Shown here one piece after another: positions 47,843 to 55,649 of a DNA stretch of 64,000 nucleotides (position 1 is its first letter; each line of letters opens with the position of its first letter). The notes below the pieces were generated by a model that ran no database searches, was not told the DNA's origin, and saw nothing but the letters and a program-made list of their open reading frames with translations. The position numbers and the translations under genes are program-made. This DNA is from Pseudomonadota bacterium (GTDB lineage: Bacteria > Pseudomonadota > Alphaproteobacteria > UBA11222): NCBI GenBank assembly GCA_049323435.1, contig JBMOMX010000012.1:273625-337624 (forward strand), written 5' to 3'.

Positions 47843-48176
47843 GGGGCATAAGACCCGTTAGAATAGAAACAACCTTTTTCTGATCGGCGCCGGGCAGGCG
47901 TCCAACGCGCTGGGCGTCGCTTGCCTCGATGGTGGCGATCTTGGCGCAGCGGATCACTGAGGGCGCGGGCAGCCCCGCCGTCTTCAAATTTGAGATGAGA
48001 ACATCATCTGCCCAGCCCCGGTTGGCGGCGCTGGTGATCATCAGCACCCATAACAGACCATGCGCGGCTTCGAGTTTTCCCGCCGCAACGACAAGCGCCG
48101 GGCGATACTGACGCACCGGGCGATCCGTATAGGGAAACGGAACCTTGACCACATCCCATGGCTTAAAGCCCGGCAT
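47832..48176 (-). CDS. mazF: type II toxin, PemK/MazF family
   Basis: [14 protein letters not shown]....RPALVV...ITS...GW and the C-terminal S.I.C.KI.TI are PemK/MazF-like. The start is set at MPGFKPWD. Its stop overlaps the glpK start. Confidence 0.8.
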   Translation of the reverse strand: MPGFKPWDVVKVPFPYTDRPVRQYRPALVVAAGKLEAAHGLLWVLMITSAANRGWADDVLISNLKTAGLPAPSVIRCAKIATIEASDAQRVGRLPGADQKKVVSILTGLMPRVR

Positions 48177-48378
48177 AAGCCTTGGCGTCATTCTCAGACG
48201 CCCATTCGCCGAAGGTGGCGAAGGGATCATCCTCGGTCATCCGAGACGGCTTGGTAAGTATCACCCGGCCCTTCTCGATTTTATAGGCGATGGCGTCGCC
48301 AGCCTTCAGCCGCAGCGCCTTGCGCACCGCCTGCGGGATGGTGGTTTGCGCCTTGCTGGTTATTTTGCTGATGATCAT
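48163..48378 (-). CDS. mazE: type II antitoxin, AbrB/MazE/SpoVT family
   Basis: 71 aa. The N-terminus SKAQTTIPQAVRKALRLKAGDAIAY is the swapped-hairpin AbrB/MazE pattern. It overlaps the toxin start. Confidence 0.82.
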   Translation of the reverse strand: MIISKITSKAQTTIPQAVRKALRLKAGDAIAYKIEKGRVILTKPSRMTEDDPFATFGEWASENDAKAYAGL

Positions 48379-48458
48379 GGAATGCAGCCCAGGTAAGGAT
48401 TTTTCTTACGTTAAGCCGGCCTCCCTTTACTGTCAATGCGATGTTATCGTCCCACGCT

Positions 48459-48554
48459 CTGTCATTGCCCGGTTTAACCGGGCAATCCAGAACCACATAT
48501 TCAGTCTTTATCATTCCGCTCTGGATACCCCGGTTAAACCGGGGCATGACAATG
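48459..48554. repeat. inverted pair of CTGTCAY-headed REP-like elements
   Basis: ctgtcattgcccggtttaaccgggcaatccag faces ctggataccccggttaaaccggggcatgacaatg across a 30-nt spacer. Confidence 0.72.
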
Positions 48555-48642
48555 AGTGAGCGGGTAATGACAGACCAGCAAGGGATTAGCTCTTTAGCAG
48601 ATAAGAACAGTATTTTTCCGCAAAACCCTATATATTAGGGCC

Positions 48643-49683
48643 ATGGACATGCAGATGAACAAACCCGCCGCTGACGCCCCGCTGATCGACCCGTTCGGGC
48701 GCCATGTCAGCTATTTGCGCGTGTCGGTCACCGACCGCTGCGATTTTCGCTGTGTTTATTGCATGTCCGAGGACATGACCTTCCTGCCCAAACGCGATGT
48801 GCTCAGCCTCGAAGAACTGGACCGGCTGTGCAGCGCCTTTGTGGCGCGCGGCGTGGACCGGCTGCGCCTGACCGGCGGCGAGCCGCTGGTGCGGCGCGAC
48901 ATTATGTGGTTGTTCCGGCGGCTGGGGCGGCACCTTGACAGTGGCGCATTGCGGGAACTGACCCTGACCAGCAACGGCACGCAGATGCCGAAATATGCCC
49001 GCGATCTGTATGCCTGCGGCGTGCGGCGGGTGAATATTTCGCTCGATAGTCTGGATGCGGATAAATTCCAGAAAATCACCCGATGGGGCAAACTGGATCA
49101 GGTATTGCGCGGCATTGATGCGGCGCAGGAAGCGGGCCTGAAGGTCAAGCTCAACATGGTGGCGCTGAAAGACCTGAATGGCGATGAAATTCCGGCGATG
49201 ATCCGCTGGGCGCATGGCCGCGGCATGGATTTGACATTGATCGAGACCATGCCGCTTGGCGATATTGACGGCGACCGGACGGACCAATATCTGCCGCTTT
49301 CAAAGGTGCGCGCCGATCTCGCGCGTATCTTTACGCTGGAGTCGCTCGACCACCGCACCGGCGGCCCGGCGCGCTATTTGCGGGTGGCGCAAACCGGCGG
49401 CATGCTGGGCATGATCACGCCGCTGACGCATAATTTCTGCGAATCCTGCAACCGGGTGCGCCTCACCTGCACCGGCACGCTCTATATGTGCCTGGGCCAG
49501 GACGACGCCGCCGATCTGCGCACGGCCCTGCGCCGCGACGCCAGTGACGGCACGGGCGACGCGCAACTGATGGCGGCGCTGGATGAGGCCATTGGCCGCA
49601 AGCCCAAAGGCCATGATTTCATCATCGACCGTCCGGGTGAGAGGCCCGCTGTCGCCCGGCATATGTCGGTGACGGGGGGTTGA
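48643..49683 (+). CDS. moaA: GTP 3',8-cyclase (molybdenum cofactor biosynthesis protein A)
   Basis: The radical-SAM motif is [17 protein letters not shown] and the C-terminal cluster [13 protein letters not shown] are present. 346 aa. Confidence 0.93.
   Translation: MDMQMNKPAADAPLIDPFGRHVSYLRVSVTDRCDFRCVYCMSEDMTFLPKRDVLSLEELDRLCSAFVARGVDRLRLTGGEPLVRRDIMWLFRRLGRHLDSGALRELTLTSNGTQMPKYARDLYACGVRRVNISLDSLDADKFQKITRWGKLDQVLRGIDAAQEAGLKVKLNMVALKDLNGDEIPAMIRWAHGRGMDLTLIETMPLGDIDGDRTDQYLPLSKVRADLARIFTLESLDHRTGGPARYLRVAQTGGMLGMITPLTHNFCESCNRVRLTCTGTLYMCLGQDDAADLRTALRRDASDGTGDAQLMAALDEAIGRKPKGHDFIIDRPGERPAVARHMSVTGG
49644..49679 (+). repeat. left copy of a ~36-nt direct repeat (authentic 3' end of moaA)
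   Basis: gcccgctgtcgcccggcatatgtcggtgacgggggg recurs at 50332-50369. Confidence 0.8.
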
Positions 49684-49704
49684 GGAGAGTACAGCGATTG
49701 TCCT

Positions 49705-50004
49705 CTACGCATCCGGAAACAACAGCACGTCGATGTCGCGCGCGCCATGCAGTATGTGAAGGATAGACACGCAGTCCTCTTCAACCCGGTAGAAGATCAG
49801 GTAATTGTTATGGGCGCACCGGCGGACGCCGGAATGCGCATAGCGCGGAACCAGGGGAAACGCCTGCGGGGTTTCGCCAATCGCCCTGGCCTTTTCGATC
49901 AGTTCCCACACAAAGCTGGCAGCCCGTACGGGGTTATCCCTCGCAATATAATCACCGATACGCTCAAGATCGTCCTTCGCCTCGGTGGTGAGAACAACTT
50001 TCAC
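49705..50004 (-). CDS. parE: type II toxin, RelE/ParE family
   Basis: 99 aa. A..DLERIGDYIARDNP.RA..FV and the C-terminal V.ILHILHGARD are ParE-like. It overlaps the antitoxin by 4 nt. Confidence 0.85.
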   Translation of the reverse strand: MKVVLTTEAKDDLERIGDYIARDNPVRAASFVWELIEKARAIGETPQAFPLVPRYAHSGVRRCAHNNYLIFYRVEEDCVSILHILHGARDIDVLLFPDA

Positions 50005-50267
50005 CGCGTCTCTTGTTGTTTTGCGGCGGCGGCATATTTTGCGTCCAGGCGTTTGGCGGCGGCGTCAAGATCATGCACCCGTCCGGCGCCGGCGTCGGCC
50101 AGGCCCCTGTTGATCGAAGCATCCAGCGCCGCCAATCGGGTTTCGCGTTCATGGATAATCCGAACCCCTTCGCGCAGCACCTCGCTACGAGAGTTATAAC
50201 GGCCCGATTTCACAAGCAAATCGACGATGCGTTCAAGCTGGTTTCCAAGATCGACGCTGCTGGCCAT
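50001..50267 (-). CDS. parD: type II antitoxin, ParD family (RHH)
   Basis: LVKSGRYNSRSEVLREGVRIIHERE is the ParD/CopG-like RHH signature. The start is placed at MASSVDLG; alternatives lie at 50285 and 50312. Confidence 0.8.
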   Translation of the reverse strand: MASSVDLGNQLERIVDLLVKSGRYNSRSEVLREGVRIIHERETRLAALDASINRGLADAGAGRVHDLDAAAKRLDAKYAAAAKQQETR

Positions 50268-50331
50268 ATTGTGCTCCGTTCCCATGTACACTACACAATA
50301 TATCAAGACCAATAACTATTATCAAGCGGAA

Positions 50332-50369
50332 GCCCGCCGCCCGGCACATGTCGGTGACGGGGGGGGGGG
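50332..50369 (+). repeat. right copy of the direct repeat (orphan duplicate of the moaA 3' end with an expanded G tract)
   Basis: gcccgccgcccggcacatgtcggtgacggggggggggg. The G6 of the moaA copy is G11 here. Confidence 0.8.
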
Positions 50370-50536
50370 GTGAATAGAGCCAATATTTATTGCCCTATAC
50401 TTATAATAGCGTAATTAATAGTGCCTATATCATAAGTTTTCTGGCGCTAACTATAATAATAACTTAACGTCCCCCTCCGGTTCTGACACACTATACCCGT
50501 GCATCACAGCCGCATAATGTCCCAGGGGATGTCGCC

Positions 50537-51646
50537 ATGGATCAAGCACGGGTCGGCGAAATAATCGAGAATATCTACACCGCAGCCTTCGAAGAAGACG
50601 GGTGGGATAGTCTACTACAGACGTTGCGTATCGAATTTCGCGCATCGCAGTTTGTCGGTTTTATATTGGATAAAACAAACTACACGCTTGCCGAAGCATT
50701 TGGAACAATATCCGACACTTCTGCCAAGACCAATTACGAATCCTATTATCACCGAGTAGATCACGGCCTTCCCTTATTACTGCAATGTCTAAAAAAGGAA
50801 ATTAAAGGGGTGCTGATTTTTCCCTTTGATCAGCTGGTGAAGGAAGGTGATTATTTTAAGAGCGAGTTATATAACGATTTCAACAGACACTATGACATGG
50901 GGTTCAATCATTGGACCTTAACCTCTGTTACCGATCAAATGTCCGTCAGTTTCGGAATCCACCGTCCTGTCCACAATAAGTATTTTTCAGAGTCCGAATT
51001 AAAGCTGCTGACTGAGTTGACCCCGCATCTCAGTCGCGGCCTGCGCATCTATCGTGAGATGGAGGGGCTGCGCGCCAAAGCCGGGCTGTTGGCGGACGCG
51101 CTTGATGCGCATGGCGCAGAGACTTTTATGCTGGACGCTTTGGGCCGGGTTCTGTCCACCAACAAGGCCGCCGGGGAAATTCTGACCGGCGGGCAATTGA
51201 CGGTATGCGAGGGCCGCCTGACGGCGCGGCATCCGCAAGACGACGCCGCATTGCAGGCTGCGCTGCGCCCGCCGCAACCCGGCGTCGCGCCAGCTGAAAT
51301 CGTTATTCGCGGGCCGGGGCATTCCCCCGCTCTGCGGCTCAGCGTCACGCCGGTGAATGGCGGCGGCATCCCGCTGTTTTTCGATGTCACCGGCACGGCA
51401 CGGACAGCGTTTCTGCTGACCGCCGTTACGCTTGGCCCCACTGCGGAAAATCTGATGGCGGCGCATGGCCTGACCCGGGCCGAGGCGGAGGTGACGCTGC
51501 TGCTGCTCGCGGGCGCCAGGGCCGCGCAGATCGCCTCGCTCCGCGAAACCAGCATCGGCACCGTCAACACCCAGCTGAAAAATATCTACGCCAAAATGGG
51601 CGTCACCGGCCATGTCGAGCTGCTGGTCAAGCTGCTGGGGCGCTGA
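50537..51646 (+). CDS. LuxR-family transcriptional regulator (C-terminal HTH)
   Basis: The C-terminal LTRAEAEVTLLLLAGARAAQIASLRETSIGTVNTQLKNIYAKMGV is a LuxR/GerE HTH. 369 aa. The N-terminal third has markedly lower GC. Confidence 0.85.
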   Translation: MDQARVGEIIENIYTAAFEEDGWDSLLQTLRIEFRASQFVGFILDKTNYTLAEAFGTISDTSAKTNYESYYHRVDHGLPLLLQCLKKEIKGVLIFPFDQLVKEGDYFKSELYNDFNRHYDMGFNHWTLTSVTDQMSVSFGIHRPVHNKYFSESELKLLTELTPHLSRGLRIYREMEGLRAKAGLLADALDAHGAETFMLDALGRVLSTNKAAGEILTGGQLTVCEGRLTARHPQDDAALQAALRPPQPGVAPAEIVIRGPGHSPALRLSVTPVNGGGIPLFFDVTGTARTAFLLTAVTLGPTAENLMAAHGLTRAEAEVTLLLLAGARAAQIASLRETSIGTVNTQLKNIYAKMGVTGHVELLVKLLGR

Positions 51647-51658
51647 GGCGCGGCATAT

Positions 51659-51796
51659 TCGTCTTTGCGAGGAGCGAAGCGACGTGGCAATCCAGAGTCA
51701 CAAACTCAGGCTTTGCTGTTCGACTCCTTTGCCAGCCGAAGCCTTCTGGCGAAGGCTTGGTGGATCGCCACGCCGCTACGCGGCTCGCGATGACGT
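51659..51796. repeat. REP-like long imperfect palindrome
   Basis: cgtctttgcgaggagcgaagcgacgtggcaatcc pairs with ggatcgccacgccgctacgcggctcgcgatgacg. An inner gccagccgaagccttctggcgaaggcttggtgg hairpin is also present. The ORF at 51612-51803 is an artefact of this element. Confidence 0.7.
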
Positions 51797-51954
51797 CGCA
51801 TGAGCCCCCCCCCGCGCCGTTAACCCTAAAATAACTTAAAAAAAAGCGAATTTTTTGCGCCGCATACCTAATCCTGGGTATGACAGGGCGGCAGATAGCG
51901 GCGCATAGTTGCCGGATTAATGCTTCTTAAATTCATCTATCCGGAGAGCGCATC

Positions 51955-53388
51955 ATGAAACATCGCATACAAGGCGGCCTGAAAGCGCTGCCGATCGCCG
52001 CCGCCGCTCTGGCCTTCCATCCGAACGCCGCTAACGCCGTTCTGTTTGAAGGCAATGCAAATATCTTCCAGTCGGATTCGTCTCCCTTTCTGTTCACCTA
52101 TAATGATCGCAACGGCGTCGGGCGAACCTTCCGAAATGTGACCGGAGACAATATCCGATATTCCGCGCTGGTATTTCCTTCGCCGGATTCAGATATGTTT
52201 CCCGTCGATATTGGGTCGGGGAATACATTCCGTTCGCTGAATGGCGCTGCAACACAGGTAAATGTTCTTTTCGGCGCATCCAGCTTTCCCACCCGCTTCA
52301 TTGGTCTAACCTCAGGCATTGGTGGGCTGCAACATGAGTATAGCAGAGTTTTCAGACGGAATGACCTCAATCAGACCCAGCTGAACTTTCTTGACGCCAA
52401 CCCTGCGCAATTCCAGATCACCAATCCGAGCGCGCCCAATGGTGTAACAGAGATTTTCCGGACCGGGCCGGACTACGATCAGAATGCAATGCCGGATTAC
52501 ATAAGTAATATTAATATTACCGGGGGCGGTCTTAACCCTACGTTGAACTGGACCTTGCCGGCCAATTCCGCCGGAACCAGTCCGGTAATTGTAATCAGAA
52601 AAGTGCAGGGTACCGTCGGGGACGCCAACGACCCGTTTATAAGCAACTTCATCGCCAGAGCTACGCTGGCGCCAAACGCAACCAGTTACACCGTCAATAA
52701 TGCCGATTTCCAGTTCTTCCCGGGCGTTACCGGCCTGGAGATGGGCGCGCAATATGAGGTTTCTGTTGAGCTTACAAAGACCAATGACGTCGACCCCGCA
52801 AATCCCTTTGTTGACCCCTCGGCCCCTAACTTGAGTACCGTAAGCGGCATATCAAGAACATTTTTCGAGTTCACGCCGCTAGCCAATGATGTGGGGGATA
52901 TGCCAGTTTATCTGCCATCGGTTTACGCCAATGGCGTCTATCATTTCGATTTTGAAGTGACCGAAGATACGCCGGTAGTGATCGATCCGGTTGTCGCTAT
53001 CGGCTACGATTACCAGATCGGCGCGGGCGACACCGTTCTTTTCGACACCGTATCGCTGCCCACCATAGCGGGCGATGACGGGTTTTATGACATCTATCTG
53101 TGGGATGGGGATTCGTTCGAGATATTTATCGACGAGGCGCAGGCGGAGACCGAGTATCTCCTTGGCGACGTTGACCGGTTCCGGGTGCTGGGGATTGACC
53201 CGGCGGCGATGCTCGATCCAGCTGATGTGACCGCATTCCTGACCACCCTGACCTTTACCGGCAACGGCCGTTTCACCGGCACCATGACGCCGCTGACAAT
53301 TGATACGAACGCCGTCCCCGAACCGATGACCCTGTCGCTGCTTGGCGCGGGTCTGCTCGGCCTCGGCTGGGTGCGGCGGCGGGTGTAA
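51955..53388 (+). CDS. PEP-CTERM sorting-domain secreted protein
   Basis: The signal peptide is MKHRIQGGLKALPIAAAALAFHPNAANA. The C-terminus is VPEPMTLSLLGAGLLGLGWVRRRV (PEP, TM helix, RRR). The last ~150 aa are homologous to the protein at 44863-45786. Confidence 0.85.
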   Translation: MKHRIQGGLKALPIAAAALAFHPNAANAVLFEGNANIFQSDSSPFLFTYNDRNGVGRTFRNVTGDNIRYSALVFPSPDSDMFPVDIGSGNTFRSLNGAATQVNVLFGASSFPTRFIGLTSGIGGLQHEYSRVFRRNDLNQTQLNFLDANPAQFQITNPSAPNGVTEIFRTGPDYDQNAMPDYISNINITGGGLNPTLNWTLPANSAGTSPVIVIRKVQGTVGDANDPFISNFIARATLAPNATSYTVNNADFQFFPGVTGLEMGAQYEVSVELTKTNDVDPANPFVDPSAPNLSTVSGISRTFFEFTPLANDVGDMPVYLPSVYANGVYHFDFEVTEDTPVVIDPVVAIGYDYQIGAGDTVLFDTVSLPTIAGDDGFYDIYLWDGDSFEIFIDEAQAETEYLLGDVDRFRVLGIDPAAMLDPADVTAFLTTLTFTGNGRFTGTMTPLTIDTNAVPEPMTLSLLGAGLLGLGWVRRRV

Positions 53389-53411
53389 AACTGCATGCGG
53401 ACGTAAAACAA

Positions 53412-53482
53412 CTGTCATCCTGAGCCGCAGGCGAAGGATTTCAAACCTCTTCACGTGATCTTTCGCTTCGCTCAGGATGACG
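53412..53482. repeat. REP-like palindrome (gtcatcctgagc ... gctcaggatgac)
   Basis: ctgtcatcctgagc and gctcaggatgacg form 12-bp arms around a 44-nt spacer. It is a likely transcription stop for the PEP-CTERM gene. Confidence 0.7.
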
Positions 53483-53611
53483 CGTTATTGAATGCGGGTG
53501 ACCGGCGGTCGTCATGGCCGCCGTTTTTGTTTGCATGCGGACTTGCGGACTGCGCCCCTGCCCGGCTAACCTGCCTGCAAAATTCAAAGCGCACAGACAG
53601 GGGAAACGGCG

Positions 53612-54670
53612 ATGAAACTGGGATTGATGCTGGGCTATTCGGGCGAGCGGCTGGCGCTGCCGGTGGAGCGGGTGCAGCGCGCCGAGGCGCTTGGTTATGA
53701 TTCCGTCTGGACGGCCGAGGCCTATGGCTCGGACGCGTTCAGCCCGCTGGCTTTTCTGGCCGCGGTGACCAAACGCATCCGGCTCGGCACCGCCATCATC
53801 CAGCTTGCCGCGCGCACGCCTGCCGCCGCGATGATGACGGCGGCGACCATTGACGAGCTGGCGGGCGGCAACCGCTTCATCCTGGGGCTGGGCGTGTCCG
53901 GCCCGCAGATCGTCGAAGGCTGGTATGGCCAGCCCTGGGGCAAGCCCTATTGGCGCATCCGCGACTATGTGCAGATCATGCAGAAAATCCGCGACCGCAA
54001 AGAGCCCGTCACGCATCAGGGCAAGGAAATCTCCCTGCCCTATACCGGGGCCGGCGCCATGGGCGTGGGCAAGCCATTGAAATCGATCCTGCATATGAAC
54101 CCGAAACTGCCGGTATGGCTCGGCACCGGCACCGAGGCCAATACGAAACTGACCGCCGAAATCGCCGATGGCTGGCTGCCGCTGAATTTCATTCCGGGTT
54201 CGATGAAAACCTATAAGCCCTGGCTGGAGGAAGGCTTTGCCCGCGCGGGTGGCGGCAAGGGTTTCAAAAATTTTGAAATCCAGGCCATGACCACAGTCGT
54301 CGTGACCAATGACGTGAAGGCCGGGCTGAAGCGCATGAAGCCAAATGTGGCGCTCTATGTCGGCGGCATGGGGCACCCGGATCTGAACTTCCATAAAGAG
54401 ATGATGATCCGGCGCGGCTATGGCGAGGCCGCCAACCGCATTCAGGAACTGTATCTGGCCAAGCGCAAGAACGAGGCCGCCGACGCCGTGCCGGATGACT
54501 ATCTGGATGAGGGCGCGCTGGTCGGCCCGCGCGAACGCATTGCGCAGCGCTTCGCCGCCTGGGCCGATAGCGGCGCGACGGGGCTGACCATCAACGCCGG
54601 TCAGATGGAGGCGATTGAGCTGATGGCGGATATTGCCGGAACCCGGGGCAAGGTTGGCGCGACGGCGTGA
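53612..54670 (+). CDS. LLM-class flavin/F420-dependent oxidoreductase
   Basis: MKLGLMLGY...GYDSVWTAEAYGSDA...LGTAI.QL.ARTPA...GNRFILGLGVSGPQ..EGW are LLM blocks. 352 aa. Confidence 0.88.
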   Translation: MKLGLMLGYSGERLALPVERVQRAEALGYDSVWTAEAYGSDAFSPLAFLAAVTKRIRLGTAIIQLAARTPAAAMMTAATIDELAGGNRFILGLGVSGPQIVEGWYGQPWGKPYWRIRDYVQIMQKIRDRKEPVTHQGKEISLPYTGAGAMGVGKPLKSILHMNPKLPVWLGTGTEANTKLTAEIADGWLPLNFIPGSMKTYKPWLEEGFARAGGGKGFKNFEIQAMTTVVVTNDVKAGLKRMKPNVALYVGGMGHPDLNFHKEMMIRRGYGEAANRIQELYLAKRKNEAADAVPDDYLDEGALVGPRERIAQRFAAWADSGATGLTINAGQMEAIELMADIAGTRGKVGATA

Positions 54671-54674
54671 GGCT

Positions 54675-54787
54675 GCGCCAGCCCAGCCTTCGCTCCTTCG
54701 GAGCTTCGGCGTGGCATCCGCCTCGCACGCTCCGGCGCAGTCGCGCCGTAGCTAAATTTTGGCTTCGCCAAAATTAGCGAAGGCGGA
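54675..54787. repeat. REP-like GC-rich hairpin elements abutting tRNA-Val
   Basis: agccttcgctccttcggagcttcggcgtggcatccgcc and ggcttcgccaaaattagcgaaggcggatgg. They are related to the inner hairpin of 51659-51796 and to 63095-63153. Confidence 0.6.
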
Positions 54788-54863
54788 TGGTGGGCGGTGA
54801 CAGGCTCGAACTGCCGACCCTCTCGGTGTAAACGAGATGCTCTACCAACTGAGCTAACCGCCC
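54788..54863 (-). tRNA. tRNA-Val (anticodon TAC)
   Basis: The reverse complement is GGGCGGTTAGCTCAGTTGGTAGAGCATCTCGTTTACACCGAGAGGGTCGGCAGTTCGAGCCTGTCACCGCCCACCA. It is 76 nt, folds as a standard cloverleaf, has the anticodon loop TTTACAC, and CCA is encoded. Confidence 0.93.
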
Positions 54864-55056
54864 TGGACCGGAATTTTATGCGTTCGGATCAGATTGTCCG
54901 GCAGATTAAACTGTCCGGCCCGCAATATCACCCCGGATTTACGCGCCCAGGAGAAGCCGGAGCTTCGCACCTGCCTGGCCCGACTCCGGGGTGCGGGATA
55001 CCAGATCAGGGAGATGGCGGCACGAACACGAACCCTGTGCCGCCCATCCCGGAAGA

Positions 55057-55329
55057 TTAGTTGACGGCGTCTTTCAACGCCTTGCCAGCTTTGAATTTCG
55101 GCTGCTTGCTGGCGGGGATTTTAATGGCTTCGCCGGTGCGGGGATTGCGGCCTTCGGACGCCTTGCGCTTCACAACGGAAAAGGTGCCAAATCCGACAAG
55201 GCGCACTTCGCCATTCTTTTTCAGACTTTTGGTAATAATTTCCAAAATGGAATCAACAGCGCGCGACGCATCTGCCTTGGTGATGTCGATATCATCCGCT
55301 ACGGCTGCGATCAGGTCATTCTTGTTCAC
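55057..55329 (-). CDS. hupB: HU family DNA-binding protein
   Basis: MNKNDLI......L.GFGTF.V..R.A..GRNP.TGE.I.I.A...P.FKAGK.LKDAVN. 90 aa. Confidence 0.93.
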   Translation of the reverse strand: MNKNDLIAAVADDIDITKADASRAVDSILEIITKSLKKNGEVRLVGFGTFSVVKRKASEGRNPRTGEAIKIPASKQPKFKAGKALKDAVN

Positions 55330-55566
55330 GAGGGCCCCCTCAGTAAGTAGTTGCAGGTCTAGTCCGGTTACAGGTCAGTAAGTCAGATAAGCAGTCAGAA
55401 TCCAGGTTAGTCAGACTCGGCCGAAACGGCCAAAATTTCACAAGAACATTGCCTTTGTTCTCCACCCCCGTCAAAGAAAAAAGCCTCTTTTCCCACAGAT
55501 TTTTGCGCATTTTCATATCTGCTGGCCGGGAAGAATGCAGTGCGGGCGCAGATTCGTCAAAGAAAA

Positions 55567-55605
55567 ACCGGCCATGATGCGTGATCAAAACACACATGGC
55601 CGGTT
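55567..55605 (-). terminator. Rho-independent terminator downstream of lon
   Basis: On the - strand the stem aaccggccatg...catggccggtt is followed by TTTTCTTT. Confidence 0.7.
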
Positions 55606-55615
55606 AAAATTTGAT

Positions 55616-55640
55616 CCCGCGCGGTTTGTGTCCGCGCGGG
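55616..55640 (-). terminator. first hairpin after the lon stop
   Basis: The 9-bp stem cccgcgcgg-N7-ccgcgcggg lies immediately 3' of lon. The T tract is weak. Confidence 0.5.
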
Positions 55641-55649
55641 CAGATTTAC

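Noticed and set aside
48555-48642. Moco riboswitch upstream of moaA.
   Set aside because: The leader is short once the REP pair is removed. I could not recognise the conserved Moco-motif helices or loops by eye. A covariance-model scan would be needed to confirm absence.
55016-55046. Hairpin ggcggcac-N13-gtgccgcc as a Rho-independent terminator of hupB.
   Set aside because: The stem is good, but no T tract follows on the - strand, so I did not list it as a feature. It may still act as a stabiliser or as a Rho-dependent stop.
55340-55597. An 85-aa ORF in the hupB-lon spacer, and a 66-aa ORF at 23675-23875.
   Set aside because: There are no RBS and no motifs. They overlap terminator hairpins or the operator region. 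Their composition is atypical for coding DNA in this window.
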